A stretch of DNA of 64,000 nucleotides, taken from Lama glama. Taxonomy: Eukaryota. The number at the start of each line of letters is the position of its first letter. The first letter of the stretch is position 1. The position numbers and the translations under genes are program-made. Where the stretch lies: contig CM052816.1 in assembly GCA_028534125.1 (NCBI GenBank), positions 58,530,001 to 58,594,000 of the forward strand, read 5' to 3'. The notes below the pieces were generated by a model that was not told where the DNA came from, searched no databases, and saw only the letters and a program-made list of their open reading frames with translations. This document shows positions 26,301 to 36,429 of this stretch, one piece after another.

Positions 26301-29300
26301 CATCCCTAAAATTGTCTCATCTGCTTGTCAGGAAGGACTCCCCTCCTTTTTTTCCTTCCCTCTCCTCCTCTTCCTTCTCTCCTCCTCTGTTCCCTTCCTT
26401 TCCCACTCCCCCCCTTTTTTTTTCAACAAGCAAAAGTAAAACTCATTTATTTCTTAAAATTTAAAAAGATAGAAATGAACAAAGTAAAATGTGGAAATCC
26501 TTCTCCACCTCATCTCCTGACAGACCCAAATCCAACCCAAAGACATCTATTGTTTGGTTTATATCTTTTCATAACTTTTTCTGTATGTATTTCAAACAAG
26601 TCCATATATAGGTTGAGTCATTTTAAACATTTTTCAAGGCTCACACTACACATTATTTTACATATTGCTTTCTTCCCTTATCATAGACATCCTTTCATTT
26701 CTGTAGGCATGGCTATCTCTGTGCAAGGTGATTTATAAACATAAATAACAGCCCAGTTGTTTTATGGTTGACCTATGATCCAACCAACAACTTCTTTGCA
26801 TGTAATAGATGTATGATAAATATTTGTTAAAGAAATAGAACATGAGCCAAAGAACACTGCTAGATCCAAGTATTATTAGGTTATAGGAAATACAGCAAGT
26901 AGAAAACATGTTAAATGACACCACAGGAACAATTCAGCCAAACCTAGAGTGTAGGGAATTTTACAAGACAAACTACATGTCTCCTTTAACAACTAAGCAA
27001 CAAGAAAAAGACAGGGGAGAAGGAAATCTGTAAGTTAAAAATCTTAAGCTATATCAACTAAATTCAAGGTATGGACCTTGTTTGGAACCTGATTCAGATC
27101 AACCAATGGTAAAGAGAGAGGGAAGGAGGTGGAGAGATAAGAACGTTTGAACACTGACTCAGATATTTGATGTTATGAGGAATTACTGTTAATCCTTTTT
27201 AGGAGAGAGAATGATACTGTGGTTGTTTTTTAAAAAATATTCTGTCTTAAAGTTATATACTAAAGTATCAACCAGTGACATTATATGATATCTGAGATTT
27301 GCTTTAAAATTATCTGGTTATTATTCTTTCTGGGGAAAAGTTGGGCGAGTGATGAATGAAATAAGATTTGGCCTTATAAGTGTTTATATACCGTTCTCTA
27401 TTTTAGTAGGACATTTTCCATAATGAAAGTTTTAAAAATGGCTAAAAGAAGGAATCTGTACTTGGTAGATATGTAGAAAATACTAGTAAATAGAACAATA
27501 AAAATAATTAAAATACACTTTATTTTCTAAGCAGGGAACTCAAGGCCATTGCAATAATCAAAACTCTTACTGACCTTTTTTTAAGCAGGATTTCTCAGAG
27601 AAACTTAAAAAAATTTTAATTGAAGTATAGTTGATTTACAATGTTGTGTTTGCAAAGAAGATGTGGTATGTATATACAATGGAATATTACTCAGCCATAA
27701 AAACAATGAAATAATGCCATTTACAGCAATATGGATGGACCCAGAGATTATCATACCAAGTGAAGTAAGTCAGACAGATAGACATTGTGTGGTATCTCTT
27801 ATTTGTGATTTAAAATGATACAAATGAACTTATTTACAAGACAGAAATGGTCTGAGTTTTTGAAATAAAATCTTTTCATTTGCTATATATTCAGCAGTAC
27901 ATGAAACCATTTGTAATGTTTTAAACATTGTTTTACCTTCCAACTTCCTTTCTATACCATATTACATTATTCCTATGCAAATTATTTATAATGGCAGATT
28001 CTGAAACTTCTACTTGGCAAAACAAGTATTTTGGATGATAAAACAACATTCAGGAAACTGTTTTAAAATTATGTAATTAAAAATTTCCACAATGTAAATC
28101 AGGGTTTTCTTGCTTGAATAAATTCTGGAGTGTTCCAGTTTAGGATAGGGAAAAGATCAAAACTGAAGTTTCTGCTCTGGCAAGGTGACTTTTGTTTGTC
28201 TTAAAAAAAATAACTACAAGCAAAAAATATTTATCTACTTACTTGGGGAACCACTTGGCATGTTCCTTCCAGGGATCATCATCTTCTTCCCAGTTTCCCA
28301 AACATCCACCACAGGAAAAGCACCGTACAGTGTCACGCTTACCTACGCATGAAGGAAAACACTTAGCTTGCCCAGTAACAGCACCACAGGATGGTCCAGA
28401 TCTCCGGAAGCTAGCTGCTCTGGGCATGAATGAGACATGCTCCATCACTTCTGTCCACTCACACTGTCATCTGGCTGAATCCCCATCCACAGCCCCACTG
28501 CCCTAAGTGACCATTTTCCAAAACTAAGACTCCACCCCTCAGCCGTAGCCACCCTTCACACTCAGAACTCAAAGCTGTTTAACTCAATATGCTCTCCCTA
28601 AGGAGTGAGGAAGCAGAGAGACCCCCACACTCATGAAGTGAAGCACAGTTAGAAGACCTACGCTGTAGTTTTGTTATGAAATTTCTGGAAACTTAGGCAC
28701 ATTTCTTAAACTCTGAGGCTCAATGAACTCAACTGTGAAACAGGGGGAAAGGGCAAGTTTGTTGATTTAGTATTAGTGCTTAATCCATGCCTAGCATCAG
28801 GTAGTACTCAGTAAATGATAGCTGTTATTCGATCTGTCGTAACATTTAAGGCATGGCTAGGACAATTCAAAGAATGTGCAATGTTCTGAAATGCAATTTG
28901 CCCTATACATTAGAGTCAGCCTTAAGGTTAAAAAAACAAAAAAACCTTTTCAATATTGCAGCAATTAAAAGAATCAAACAATCATTTAAGAGCAGCAAAA
29001 GGAAGATGGGAAAGAAGGAGACTGGGGTCAGGCTGACCTCCCAGTTTATTTTCAGGGCCTTAAGAACCCAGTCAGTATTATTTTAGGTCCAGATTTTTTT
29101 AAAGTCACTTTCTTAATTTATATATTTAGGGCAAATTAACACACTGTGCTAAACAAAATAAAACTCAAGTAAAAATACTGAAGTTGAATTTTAATAAAAT
29201 AGACCTTATACCTAATATAGCACATTGACCAAGAGAGGAAAGATTTACAAAATATTCCAACTGAAATATGGACCCTAAAGTTAAAACTCCAGTGCAATAC

Positions 29301-29894
29301 TTCAGAAAATGATTTCACATCACCTGTAAAGACAAAGCCAGCAGCTGAGAGCTCCCTTGGGGATGTCCCTTGGGCATAAAATGGCCAGTTCTTGAAGGAT
29401 TCCAGTCTGGTCTTCTCTTCTTGGTACCTTGCTTTGTCGTCCCCCCTCAGCTTGTTCTCTGGATTCTTTACTCTTATATCATACTTGGCAATGTTACCAA
29501 CATCTTTGCCCAAAAGAAATTCACAATCTGGACGTAATTTCTTGTGGTCTTCCATGGGGAGTCTCCGGAGGCTAGTACCAAAGAGGATTAAGCTGCAGCA
29601 GAAGCACTGAACCCCAGATTTTACACCAGTGAAATAAAACCCAGCTGCTGCCATCTCCTGGGGTGTCCACGAGCTGTAGGACTCATAGGTCACAAAAGTC
29701 TTTAACCTTTTTGCTTCACTGCGCATTTGTGAATTAAAGCCTTTCTGCATTTTTTCTCGGTCTTTCTGCTCCCCTTTTTCTATTTCCTTGGCAAGCTGAA
29801 ACGCATCTATGCCTAGAAGAGCAGAGAGCTCCTGCAGCAAAGCATAATCAAACTGGGAAATCCTCTCATCGGACGCTTTCTCCTGGGCTGCCAT
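2027..29894 (-). CDS. NAIP: NAIP (NLR family apoptosis inhibitory protein / BIRC1), whole spliced CDS, 14 coding exons, 1404 aa
   Basis: Exon coding lengths 571+100+82+52+120+100+82+58+2106+168+153+87+165+371 = 4215 nt = 1404 codons + TAG; all junctions GT-AG and in phase; N-terminus [16 protein letters not shown], three BIR domains, Walker [10 protein letters not shown]-terminal LRR ending PVIQKQN. Confidence 0.97.
2640..4890 (+). mobile_element. Old degraded L1 (L1M-type) fragments
   Basis: A-rich; L1 ORF1/ORF2 and 3'UTR remnants (aaggaaatactaaagaagttcttcaggcagaa; aatgttcatagcagcattgttcaca). Confidence 0.7.
5180..5344 (-). CDS. NAIP: NAIP coding exon 13 (LRR), 165 nt
   Basis: [55 protein letters not shown]; gatag|CC ... 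ATTG|gtgagc. Confidence 0.95.
6431..6770 (+). mobile_element. ERV1-type solo LTR in a NAIP intron (antisense to NAIP)
   Basis: Starts TGTTAAA; TATAAAA at ~6652 followed by an LTR-like R region (gtacagctcctcggagctc); family not determined. Confidence 0.6.
7088..7174 (-). CDS. NAIP: NAIP coding exon 12 (LRR), 87 nt
   Basis: [29 protein letters not shown]; tatag|TC ... TTTG|gtatgt. Confidence 0.95.
7542..7694 (-). CDS. NAIP: NAIP coding exon 11 (LRR), 153 nt
   Basis: [51 protein letters not shown]; tacag|TC ... TTTG|gtaaga. Confidence 0.95.
8150..8324 (-). mobile_element. Short L1 3'-end insertion with an internal (CA)n
   Basis: polyT + aattgaagtatagttgatttacaatgttgtg; TSD gagat(t/c)aaccttt on both sides; (CA)n at 8221-8247. 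Confidence 0.75.
8750..9323 (+). mobile_element. Young 5'-truncated L1 (ORF2 C-terminus + 3'UTR + A tail)
   Basis: ORF 8795..9070 [20 protein letters not shown]...[16 protein letters not shown] is the L1 ORF2p end; TSD aaattattagcc at 8738-8749 and 9324-9335. Confidence 0.92.
9389..9556 (-). CDS. NAIP: NAIP coding exon 10 (LRR), 168 nt
   Basis: [56 protein letters not shown]; tctag|AT ... CTAG|gtaaga. Confidence 0.95.
9790..11320 (+). mobile_element. Old L1 (L1MB-like) 3' part plus further L1 pieces
   Basis: ttggacccctacctc, aaaagatgctcaacagcattagtcatcaggaaaatgca, acatggatgaacctt motifs. Confidence 0.75.
11663..13768 (-). CDS. NAIP: NAIP coding exon 9 (NACHT/NBD, helical domains, first LRR), 2106 nt
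   Basis: Core of ORF 11616..13784: [10 protein letters not shown]...[11 protein letters not shown]...LLLLDDY...SEVTQLQ; ccacag|AG ... CAAG|gtaaac. Confidence 0.97.
13878..13935 (-). CDS. NAIP: NAIP coding exon 8, 58 nt
   Basis: [19 protein letters not shown]; caaag|GAA ... CCAG|gtaagg. Confidence 0.94.
15136..15217 (-). CDS. NAIP: NAIP coding exon 7, 82 nt
   Basis: [27 protein letters not shown]; tttag|TTGT ... ATG|gtattg. Confidence 0.95.
15400..19800 (+). mobile_element. Cluster of nested old L1 fragments in a NAIP intron
   Basis: Multiple L1 ORF1/ORF2/3'UTR remnants; boundaries approximate. Confidence 0.6.
19922..20021 (-). CDS. NAIP: NAIP coding exon 6 (BIR3 core), 100 nt
   Basis: [34 protein letters not shown]; tttag|GTATA ... 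CCCAA|gtgagt. Confidence 0.95.
21772..21891 (-). CDS. NAIP: NAIP coding exon 5 (BIR3 N-half), 120 nt
   Basis: [40 protein letters not shown]; tcaag|CT ... ACAG|gtgagt. Confidence 0.95.
22561..23390 (-). mobile_element. MER21-like solo LTR in the NAIP intron between coding exons 4 and 5
   Basis: Minus strand TGAGATAATAG...TACA; MER21-like motif ttctgacactatctccctggagatagcatcagatcctacaggttaaggg; internal ~97-bp tandem duplication at 23185-23380. Confidence 0.75.
23709..23760 (-). CDS. NAIP: NAIP coding exon 4, 52 nt
   Basis: [17 protein letters not shown]; ttcag|GGA ... TCAG|gtagag. Confidence 0.95.
24913..24994 (-). CDS. NAIP: NAIP coding exon 3, 82 nt
   Basis: [27 protein letters not shown]; tatag|ATGT ... 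ACG|gtaatt. Confidence 0.95.
28243..28342 (-). CDS. NAIP: NAIP coding exon 2 (BIR2 core), 100 nt
   Basis: [34 protein letters not shown]; cgtag|GTAAGC ... CCCAA|gtaagt. Confidence 0.96.
29324..29894 (-). CDS. NAIP: NAIP coding exon 1 (N-terminus, BIR1, start of BIR2)
   Basis: Acceptor ttttcag|aaaATG (exon starts 29897); MAAQEKAS...SAAGFVFT; donor ACAG|gtgatg. Confidence 0.96.
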
Positions 29895-31703
29895 TTTCTG
29901 AAAAGGGAAAGATAAGGTTGATGAACATTGCCACCTGGTTTACTGGTCCTGAGATTTGTTTCAACCCTTTTACTCTTCCTGGTTTCTTTCTTCTGAATAA
30001 TCCTGATCTTCTGCTATCACTTAGCCCAATTCAGAGCAAATAAGCTAGTAGGTCTGTGACAACCTCTCTCTCTCTCTCTCCATCCCATCCTCCCAACAGG
30101 TCACACACGGAGTCCAAGCAGTTGGAGGCCCCCTTATCACAGCATCAATCATCATTTAATTTAAAGGCATAAAATAGGGGATACCTATCTCATCATATAA
30201 CACCCTCAACATTTCAGGAATCTCCAAGGTATTCCATTTAATACCTACAGGAGGAGTTGGATAGTTCCACTATAGGTTTGTTTTCTGTGTCCCACCTTGA
30301 TCTAGCTCAGCTGATTTGGAATTTTCCCATCTACCCACATTTCTGCAAAGGTTGCAGCTAATTGAAGATCTTGATTAAGCCCAAGCATGACCTTCCTCTG
30401 GCAATGCCTAAAACAAGACAGAGCTCCTTTGTCGCTCCTGTGTTGAGCCCACTTCAGTTGCTTGGGAAGCTCTTTCAAGTCACAAGGTTACTGAACTTTT
30501 TGACTGCAAAGCTCCTTCCTTTCCGTTGTCTCTGGATGCCCTCTCCCTGTAGAGTCTCGCTAGTGGTTATCTGTCCAATGTGGGTCACTTTCCAACCCAA
30601 AGAAGTATCTGCCCAACTCTCCCTCTGGCATAATGTTCCTTCCCTTTACGGAAGGACGTAGTGGGCTTGGCAGCCCAGAGCTCTTTCTGAATTACTTTCA
30701 TTTTTGCCAAAGCAGCCAAAACCATGAGAAGTGGGAGAAAGATTTAGAACCACTGATACTAGGCTGAGTGCTGAGGCCTTCCTGGTTTGCCTCCCTATTC
30801 TTTACTGACATACCCCTCCCCATCCAAATTTCTGTTTTAATCCATTCAGCTGTTTCCTCTGGCTCTCCATCTACACCTGTCAATTCCATGGCTGTGCTTT
30901 TCCTCCCATAAATAATTATAGTCCTTGAGGATATTCAAACCAGGAAGGCCACAGCAGCCAGCCTGGCATCAGTGGTTCTAGACCTTTCTCCCAAGCAAAG
31001 TCTTAGCCGGTATTTAAATTATAAAGTCCAAATTGTTTCAGTGATCCCATTCACAGTACCACCTTCACTCATTACCCAGGGATGCATCATTGAAAACTCA
31101 CAGGGCTCTACCTAGTGTACTTACTTCAGACTTTCATGAAGGTAAAGGATATGAAACAAAAAATAAAAACAAAAACCAGGCCAATGTCAGAGAGGTCTCA
31201 GAGTCCAGGCCCAGATGCACAGGATGTGCTCCACTGAAGTGGGAAAGCACACTCTCATCTGAGGAGGGGTCTTGTAGGCCCCTCTGGTCACATGCCCAAA
31301 CTAGGATGCAAGACCAGTCTCAAAAACAGCAACAAGTTGGTACCACCATGACAGCAGGCCTCCCTGGAGAGAAAAATAAGCACAGGGTAGCCACAGACCA
31401 GCTGGAATCAATCTGCACTTCTACAGCCAAGTTCAGGGGTCACTTTTGCTGGTCCCAAGGCCATTTCTGGGGAGGAGAGAAGACCTCCAAGGCCCTCTCC
31501 AGGCTTCCCGCTCTGTCAGTAAGTGCTAAGAGCAGCAGTGAGGCTGCTGTCTTGGGGACAGGATTTAAACCCAAGTCTCTGTGACCCCAGGGCCTGTCCT
31601 CTTGCCTCCGAAGAGAGAAAAGCAGCAAGAGTAAGATGAATAAGAGAGCCAAAGTCTAGGTGTGGAAGAAAAACTGCTTTGCCAGAGACGGTAATTTACT
31701 CAC

Positions 31704-31799
31704 CTAGAGGTTTATCCTGAGTTCCAGTCAAATGGAAGGAGAAGATGTAGCGTTAAGTACAAATGCTCTGTCCTTGAACAGGAAGCAGTGAGAACATAC
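31704..31799 (-). other. NAIP: NAIP 5'UTR exon upstream of the ATG exon (5' boundary uncertain: 31799 or 31831)
   Basis: Strong donor CTCTAG|gtgagt at 31704/31703; exon end ...GGATAAACCTCTAG joined to aaaATG resembles the human NAIP 5'UTR as I recall it; candidate acceptors ttccttag (31800) and tctcaatag (31832). Confidence 0.65.
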
Positions 31800-32461
31800 C
31801 TAAGGAACTAATACTCAAAACAAGTTGCAGTCTATTGAGAAATCACCAGTAAAGGCTCTCGGGTGCTGAGTCAGTAGGGCCTAATCAGGAACTGAAAGGA
31901 CTAACAAGATGGACCAAGTCCCACAACAAGTATTTTATTCTAAACAGTTTAAGCTGGGTGAATGTTCAGGGTGCTAAGTCTGATTTCTTTGGTGGCAGTT
32001 ACTATCCTTCTGGTTTCTTTTAGGATTTTGTCTTTTATCCTTGGCTTATAAAATTTCGAAGTTACTGCATCTTGGTGTGGGTCTTTCTGCTGTCATTGGA
32101 TTCAGAGGACTTTTTCAAGCTGAACACGTGACCCTCCCATCAGCCCTGGGAGATGACCACCTACGATTTCTCTGGTGATTTCCTACTGCCGGGTATTGTC
32201 ACTCTTCCTGACATTCCCATTATTCAGATGGGAACTGACCACCGAAGTCCTTACCTTCTTTTTCCTCACATATTCTGTCAGGGCCTTTGCTCTACTTCCT
32301 GGGAGACTTCCTCTTTACCTTCCAACTTTCCGACAGTCATTCTCAATTTTAGCAGTTATACCTGCAGTTTCCCACAGCTCTTTCTTGTTCTCTGTTTCTT
32401 GTTTTCATGGGATCTATTTTTTTTTAACCAATGCAATCTTCTTGAATCTCTCCGAGGATAC

Positions 32462-32853
32462 TGTCAAATGACAAAACTACAACAACTTAATAATGAGCTT
32501 GCTATCCTTCAGTCAAGGGAATATGACCCATAGATGGAGGGAACACAGTGCCTCCGGGCATGGGGGTGGGAGGGTGGGCAAGAGCTGGTTTTATAGAGAA
32601 GAGGCAATGGGGAACTGGGCGTGATTGGCTAGGAGGCCAGGGATTTCATTGTTAGGCCAGCAGGTCCTGTTTTCCAGGGTCGGGCAAACTAGCCAAAGCT
32701 GAGTTGGGGGATCGTGACTGCTGTGTTAGGTTTCTTTGACAGGTGTTGCTCCTAAGTGAAGGCTAACTTGGGTTTAGATTTGTGACTTGGGCCAGGCCAC
32801 CGAGGTGGCCCCCTGATATCTGGTGGGGCCCAATATACAAATTAACTTTATCA
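32462..32853 (-). mobile_element. Solo ERV-type LTR (392 bp), same orientation as NAIP
   Basis: Minus strand begins TGATAAA and ends TTTGACA (TG...CA with inverted termini); flanks atac/gtac (4-bp TSD, 1 mismatch); CCAAT at 32628-32624 and TATAAAA at 32595-32589; appears to interrupt an older L1-like fragment. Confidence 0.72.
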
Positions 32854-33046
32854 GTACTCATACTGTCGCCTGAATTATGTTTCCTCCAAAGCTAATGACC
32901 ATTTACTTTTGTGTTTATTTTTCACATTATCAGCTTTCCTCAAATGTATGTGAGCCTTGGTTTTCAACTCATATTTGAGAACTAGGCAATTTAAAAACTG
33001 ATTGATCAAAATTATGGTTCAAAAATCTGATTAAAAACCACATGAG

Positions 33047-33173
33047 TGGGTGAAGGGAGACAGCTCGGTGGTAGAGTGCACGCTTAGCATGCACGAGGTC
33101 CTGGGCTCAGTACTTCCACTACAAAATAAATAAAAGAACTTAAAAAAAGTAAAAAAGAAACAAACAAAAGGAG
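33047..33173 (+). mobile_element. tRNA-Ala-derived SINE (Vic-1-type, camelid)
   Basis: cagctcggtggtagagtgcacgcttagcatgcacgaggtcctggg + A-rich tail; TSD ccacatgag at 33038-33046 and 33174-33182. Confidence 0.8.
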
Positions 33174-33272
33174 CCACATGAGGGTCACTTAAACCTAAGC
33201 CCTTAATTTATGGAGAACAGGTTGGGGAGCCAAGATTCACCCGGGAGAAGCCCTGAATGTCAGAGAAACATC

Positions 33273-33372
33273 TCAGAAAATGATTTTAAGTTAGCAGTAA
33301 AGAAAGAGCTAGCAGTTGAACGCTCACTTGGGATGTCCCTTAAGCATAAAATGGTCAGTTCTTGAAAGATTC
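33273..33372 (-). repeat. Degenerate 100-bp direct copy of NAIP 29302-29402 (3' end of coding exon 1 plus intron start)
   Basis: Manual alignment: 83 of 101 positions identical, one 1-nt gap. Confidence 0.88.
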
Positions 33373-34871
33373 TTTGTTTGGGGGTGCCCAGGGCCCACAC
33401 TAGCTCCTCTAAATCAGTTGAAAAGCTTATTCCTTTTTTTAAAAAAAAAAATTGACTCCACCAATTTTTTTTGCCTTAGGGTTAACACCTGAGTTAAATA
33501 ATCTGGCAGTGAGGCTGGGGGAGCCCACTGTCTCATACAGAGACTTCAGCCCCTTGATTGTCAGTCCTTCCCATCATTCCTGCCCTCCTTACCTGGCCTT
33601 GAGTCCCTGGCTGCTCCAGCTTCTGTTATCAGGTACATGGTCCCCCAGGGATTAGATGTGTATTCAGGTTGTGGGTCCTCTGGCCTGCTTCATTGGTTCC
33701 TGCTATTCCATTTGAGTTTCCACCTTCCAAAAATTTGTTAAAATATTCTGTATGCTCATGGTCCCCTCGTGCTTTCTTAATATTTCTAGTTTAAAAATCA
33801 CTTCAATAACCATATGTAATGATTACCAATAATAAGAACTAACATTTGTTCAGAGCCTACTACTTGCCAGGCACAGTTCTAAGCACTTGAGACATTTCCA
33901 TTTAGTCCCTTTAATAGTCCCAACGAAGTAGGTATTATCTCCACTTTACAGTTGAGGAAACTCAGGCACATAGGGGTTCAGATTAACCAGACAGTGTGGT
34001 GACAGAATCTGCACTTGTAACCACTGTGTTAGGCAGCCGTAAAGTCTAGGTTTAAAGGAAAGGAAAACCCAGGTGTCCCAGAAAGTTCATGCCCTCCTCC
34101 TTTTGGTAGTTTGGCCAGTTGCTGAGTTAGCAAGCTGCTGTTACCAGCAGCGTCAGCATGTGAACTCCTCTGGACAAGCGCTGGTCCAGTAAGGCCATTT
34201 ACGCAGCTAAGAAGCAATTATTGTTAATTAGTTGACCAGTTATTCACTGGCCCCTCCTAGCATTTGTATGAACACATACAACATTGCAGGGGCAGTGTGG
34301 TTTTGAAGCACTGTCCACGGTACATCCAGCTGCTCATGGACCTAAAAAAATTCTTTTTATAGGAGGTCAGGGAAACTCCTCTACACTGTCGACCCTCTTG
34401 CCTGTAAATTTTTCCCCAATCAACCTTACTTTTCACCTATGGTATTGTTATGCACATGTGTCCAATACACATTACATTTTAGTAGCACCTTGTAGATTTT
34501 GTTGCCCTTCTGAATTGGATTTTTAAAAATATTCTATTTTCTAAATGTTTATTGATGATGTGTAGAACTCTCCTGGTCTATTTTTTTTTTTCCCATCCCC
34601 ATCTCCTAAGAACTAGTTCTCTGCCAGGAAGCCTTCATAGACCCCCTCTGGCACTCAGTTGGTCTTGCTTCAAAAGACCAAGGGAGAGAGTGGTATAATC
34701 AATGCCCAACAAATGTTTATTGAATTAATTTCTCTCAAAACACTGCGCCAGATTCCCCAAATATGATAGAACAAAATGTGAAACCTCTCTACCTCAGTTA
34801 CATCCATCATTATGCAAAAATTCACTGGCCTCATACATCCACGTCCGAAGAATAAACTCACTTAAAACTGG

Positions 34872-35020
34872 TGGGGAGGGTATAGCTCACGGGTAGAGGG
34901 CGTGCTCAGCATGCACAAAGTCCTGGGTTTCAATCCCCAGTACCTCCATTAGAAAATATAATTAATTAATTAATTAATTAATTACTCCCCCCAGGAAAAA
35001 AAACAAAAAAAAATTTTAAA
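34872..35020 (+). mobile_element. tRNA-Ala-derived SINE (Vic-1-type) with a (TTAA)n in the tail
   Basis: ggggagggtatagctcacgggtagagggcgtgctcagcatgcacaaagtcctgggtttcaatccccagtacctcca; A-rich tail; imperfect TSD aagaataaa...taaaa. Confidence 0.82.
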
Positions 35021-36429
35021 AAGAATAAAACAACCTAAAAAAAATTGAACACACACTGAATCACACTCATGTCTACCTCAGCAGTTCACAGAGCTATCAA
35101 CTACTCACTCCTGATTCTACCAAACTCCTTGTCTAGAAATCTCTCCACACTTGACTCCAAAGCCTGTTTTCATTATGTGTCTAACTCTTTCCTGGTCTGT
35201 TCTTCACTTTTCTAAGCCCAATCAACTGCTCTGCCTGATGCCTGTTTCCTTCCCTTTTCCCCCACTAAGTTCCAGAAGCCATTTTGTCCAAACTACACAG
35301 AAGTGAGTATGAAATGAGATCTTGGGACTTGAAGTGCAATTTCTCTAACAGAAAACTGAAAACAAATCCAGTAGGAGCCAATCTTCTATGGAAATAGACA
35401 ATCTGGCTACAAAGTAACTCAAACCTAACAAAAGCTACTTACTGTCACTCCTTCAGAAGAGGACTATCCTTATCCCATCACCAGTCTCCAAGCCCATCCC
35501 CAAAATCCAAGTAGAGCATCCCCTGTACCATGCTGCTGGTTCTCAAGTCTGAAAGTCCCCTGAGGGCAGGGACTGGGTCTGTCTGGTCCACCACAGCATC
35601 CCTAGAGGCTGGTACTATGGGTGGCAGATAAGCGACCCCAAATAACTACCTGCTGAATGAACAAACAAGGAATGTAAGAGTCAGGTTACTCAAAAAACAA
35701 ACAAACAAACAAAACAAAACAAAAACAAAAACAAGTCCAGAGATTTATCAGGGTGTACTGGAGCTGGATGAGAGAAAGTACAAAAAAACCTTGCAGCTTA
35801 GAAGACCGGGAGTCTCTGGTGATTATAAAGGCTGCAGCGCCTTTTTTTCCCAGATTCTGTCCATGCTGGGATCTGGGTTTGGGGATTTTCAGAACTCCTC
35901 TCCTTAAAGTTTTCAAGACCTTGGCTATAAGGAGGAAGTCCACTCCAGGGCAACTGATCACTCTAGCAGATAAAGCAAGGGTGCTCCCAGGTCTGAACAC
36001 CGCACTCTGCCAACAAATTTAACAATAAAGCAATAGAACCGAACACAATTCCTGAATCTCAGCCAGAAAGTGAGGAAGAACAAAGCGCAGGGAAGAGAAA
36101 TGAAAGTAGAGTATGTGGGTAAGGAGGGCAGAGGCCAGGCTTTACTGAAATCTAGCCAGGCACCTAGTCAGCAGTTCACACGCAATCCTCCCACCAAGCC
36201 ACAGGTGTAAAGTATTACCATCCCCATTTGATGACTAAACTGAATCGCAGTGAGATGCAACCTGCCCCGAGCACACAGCTAGGAAGGGGCAGCGCTGGGA
36301 CCGATCTGACTCCAGGCTACCCAGCTCTTGTAAGCTGCACCAACTATTCTGCTCTGAGGTCTTAAAGCAGGACCGAGGGGGTGTCGTTCATTTATCCAAA
36401 TAACGAACACTTACTGAGCACCTACTGGG

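Noticed and set aside
35436..35450. GACA|GTAAGT as the donor of another NAIP 5'UTR exon
   Set aside because: Plausible motif, but no supporting acceptor or homology that I can verify
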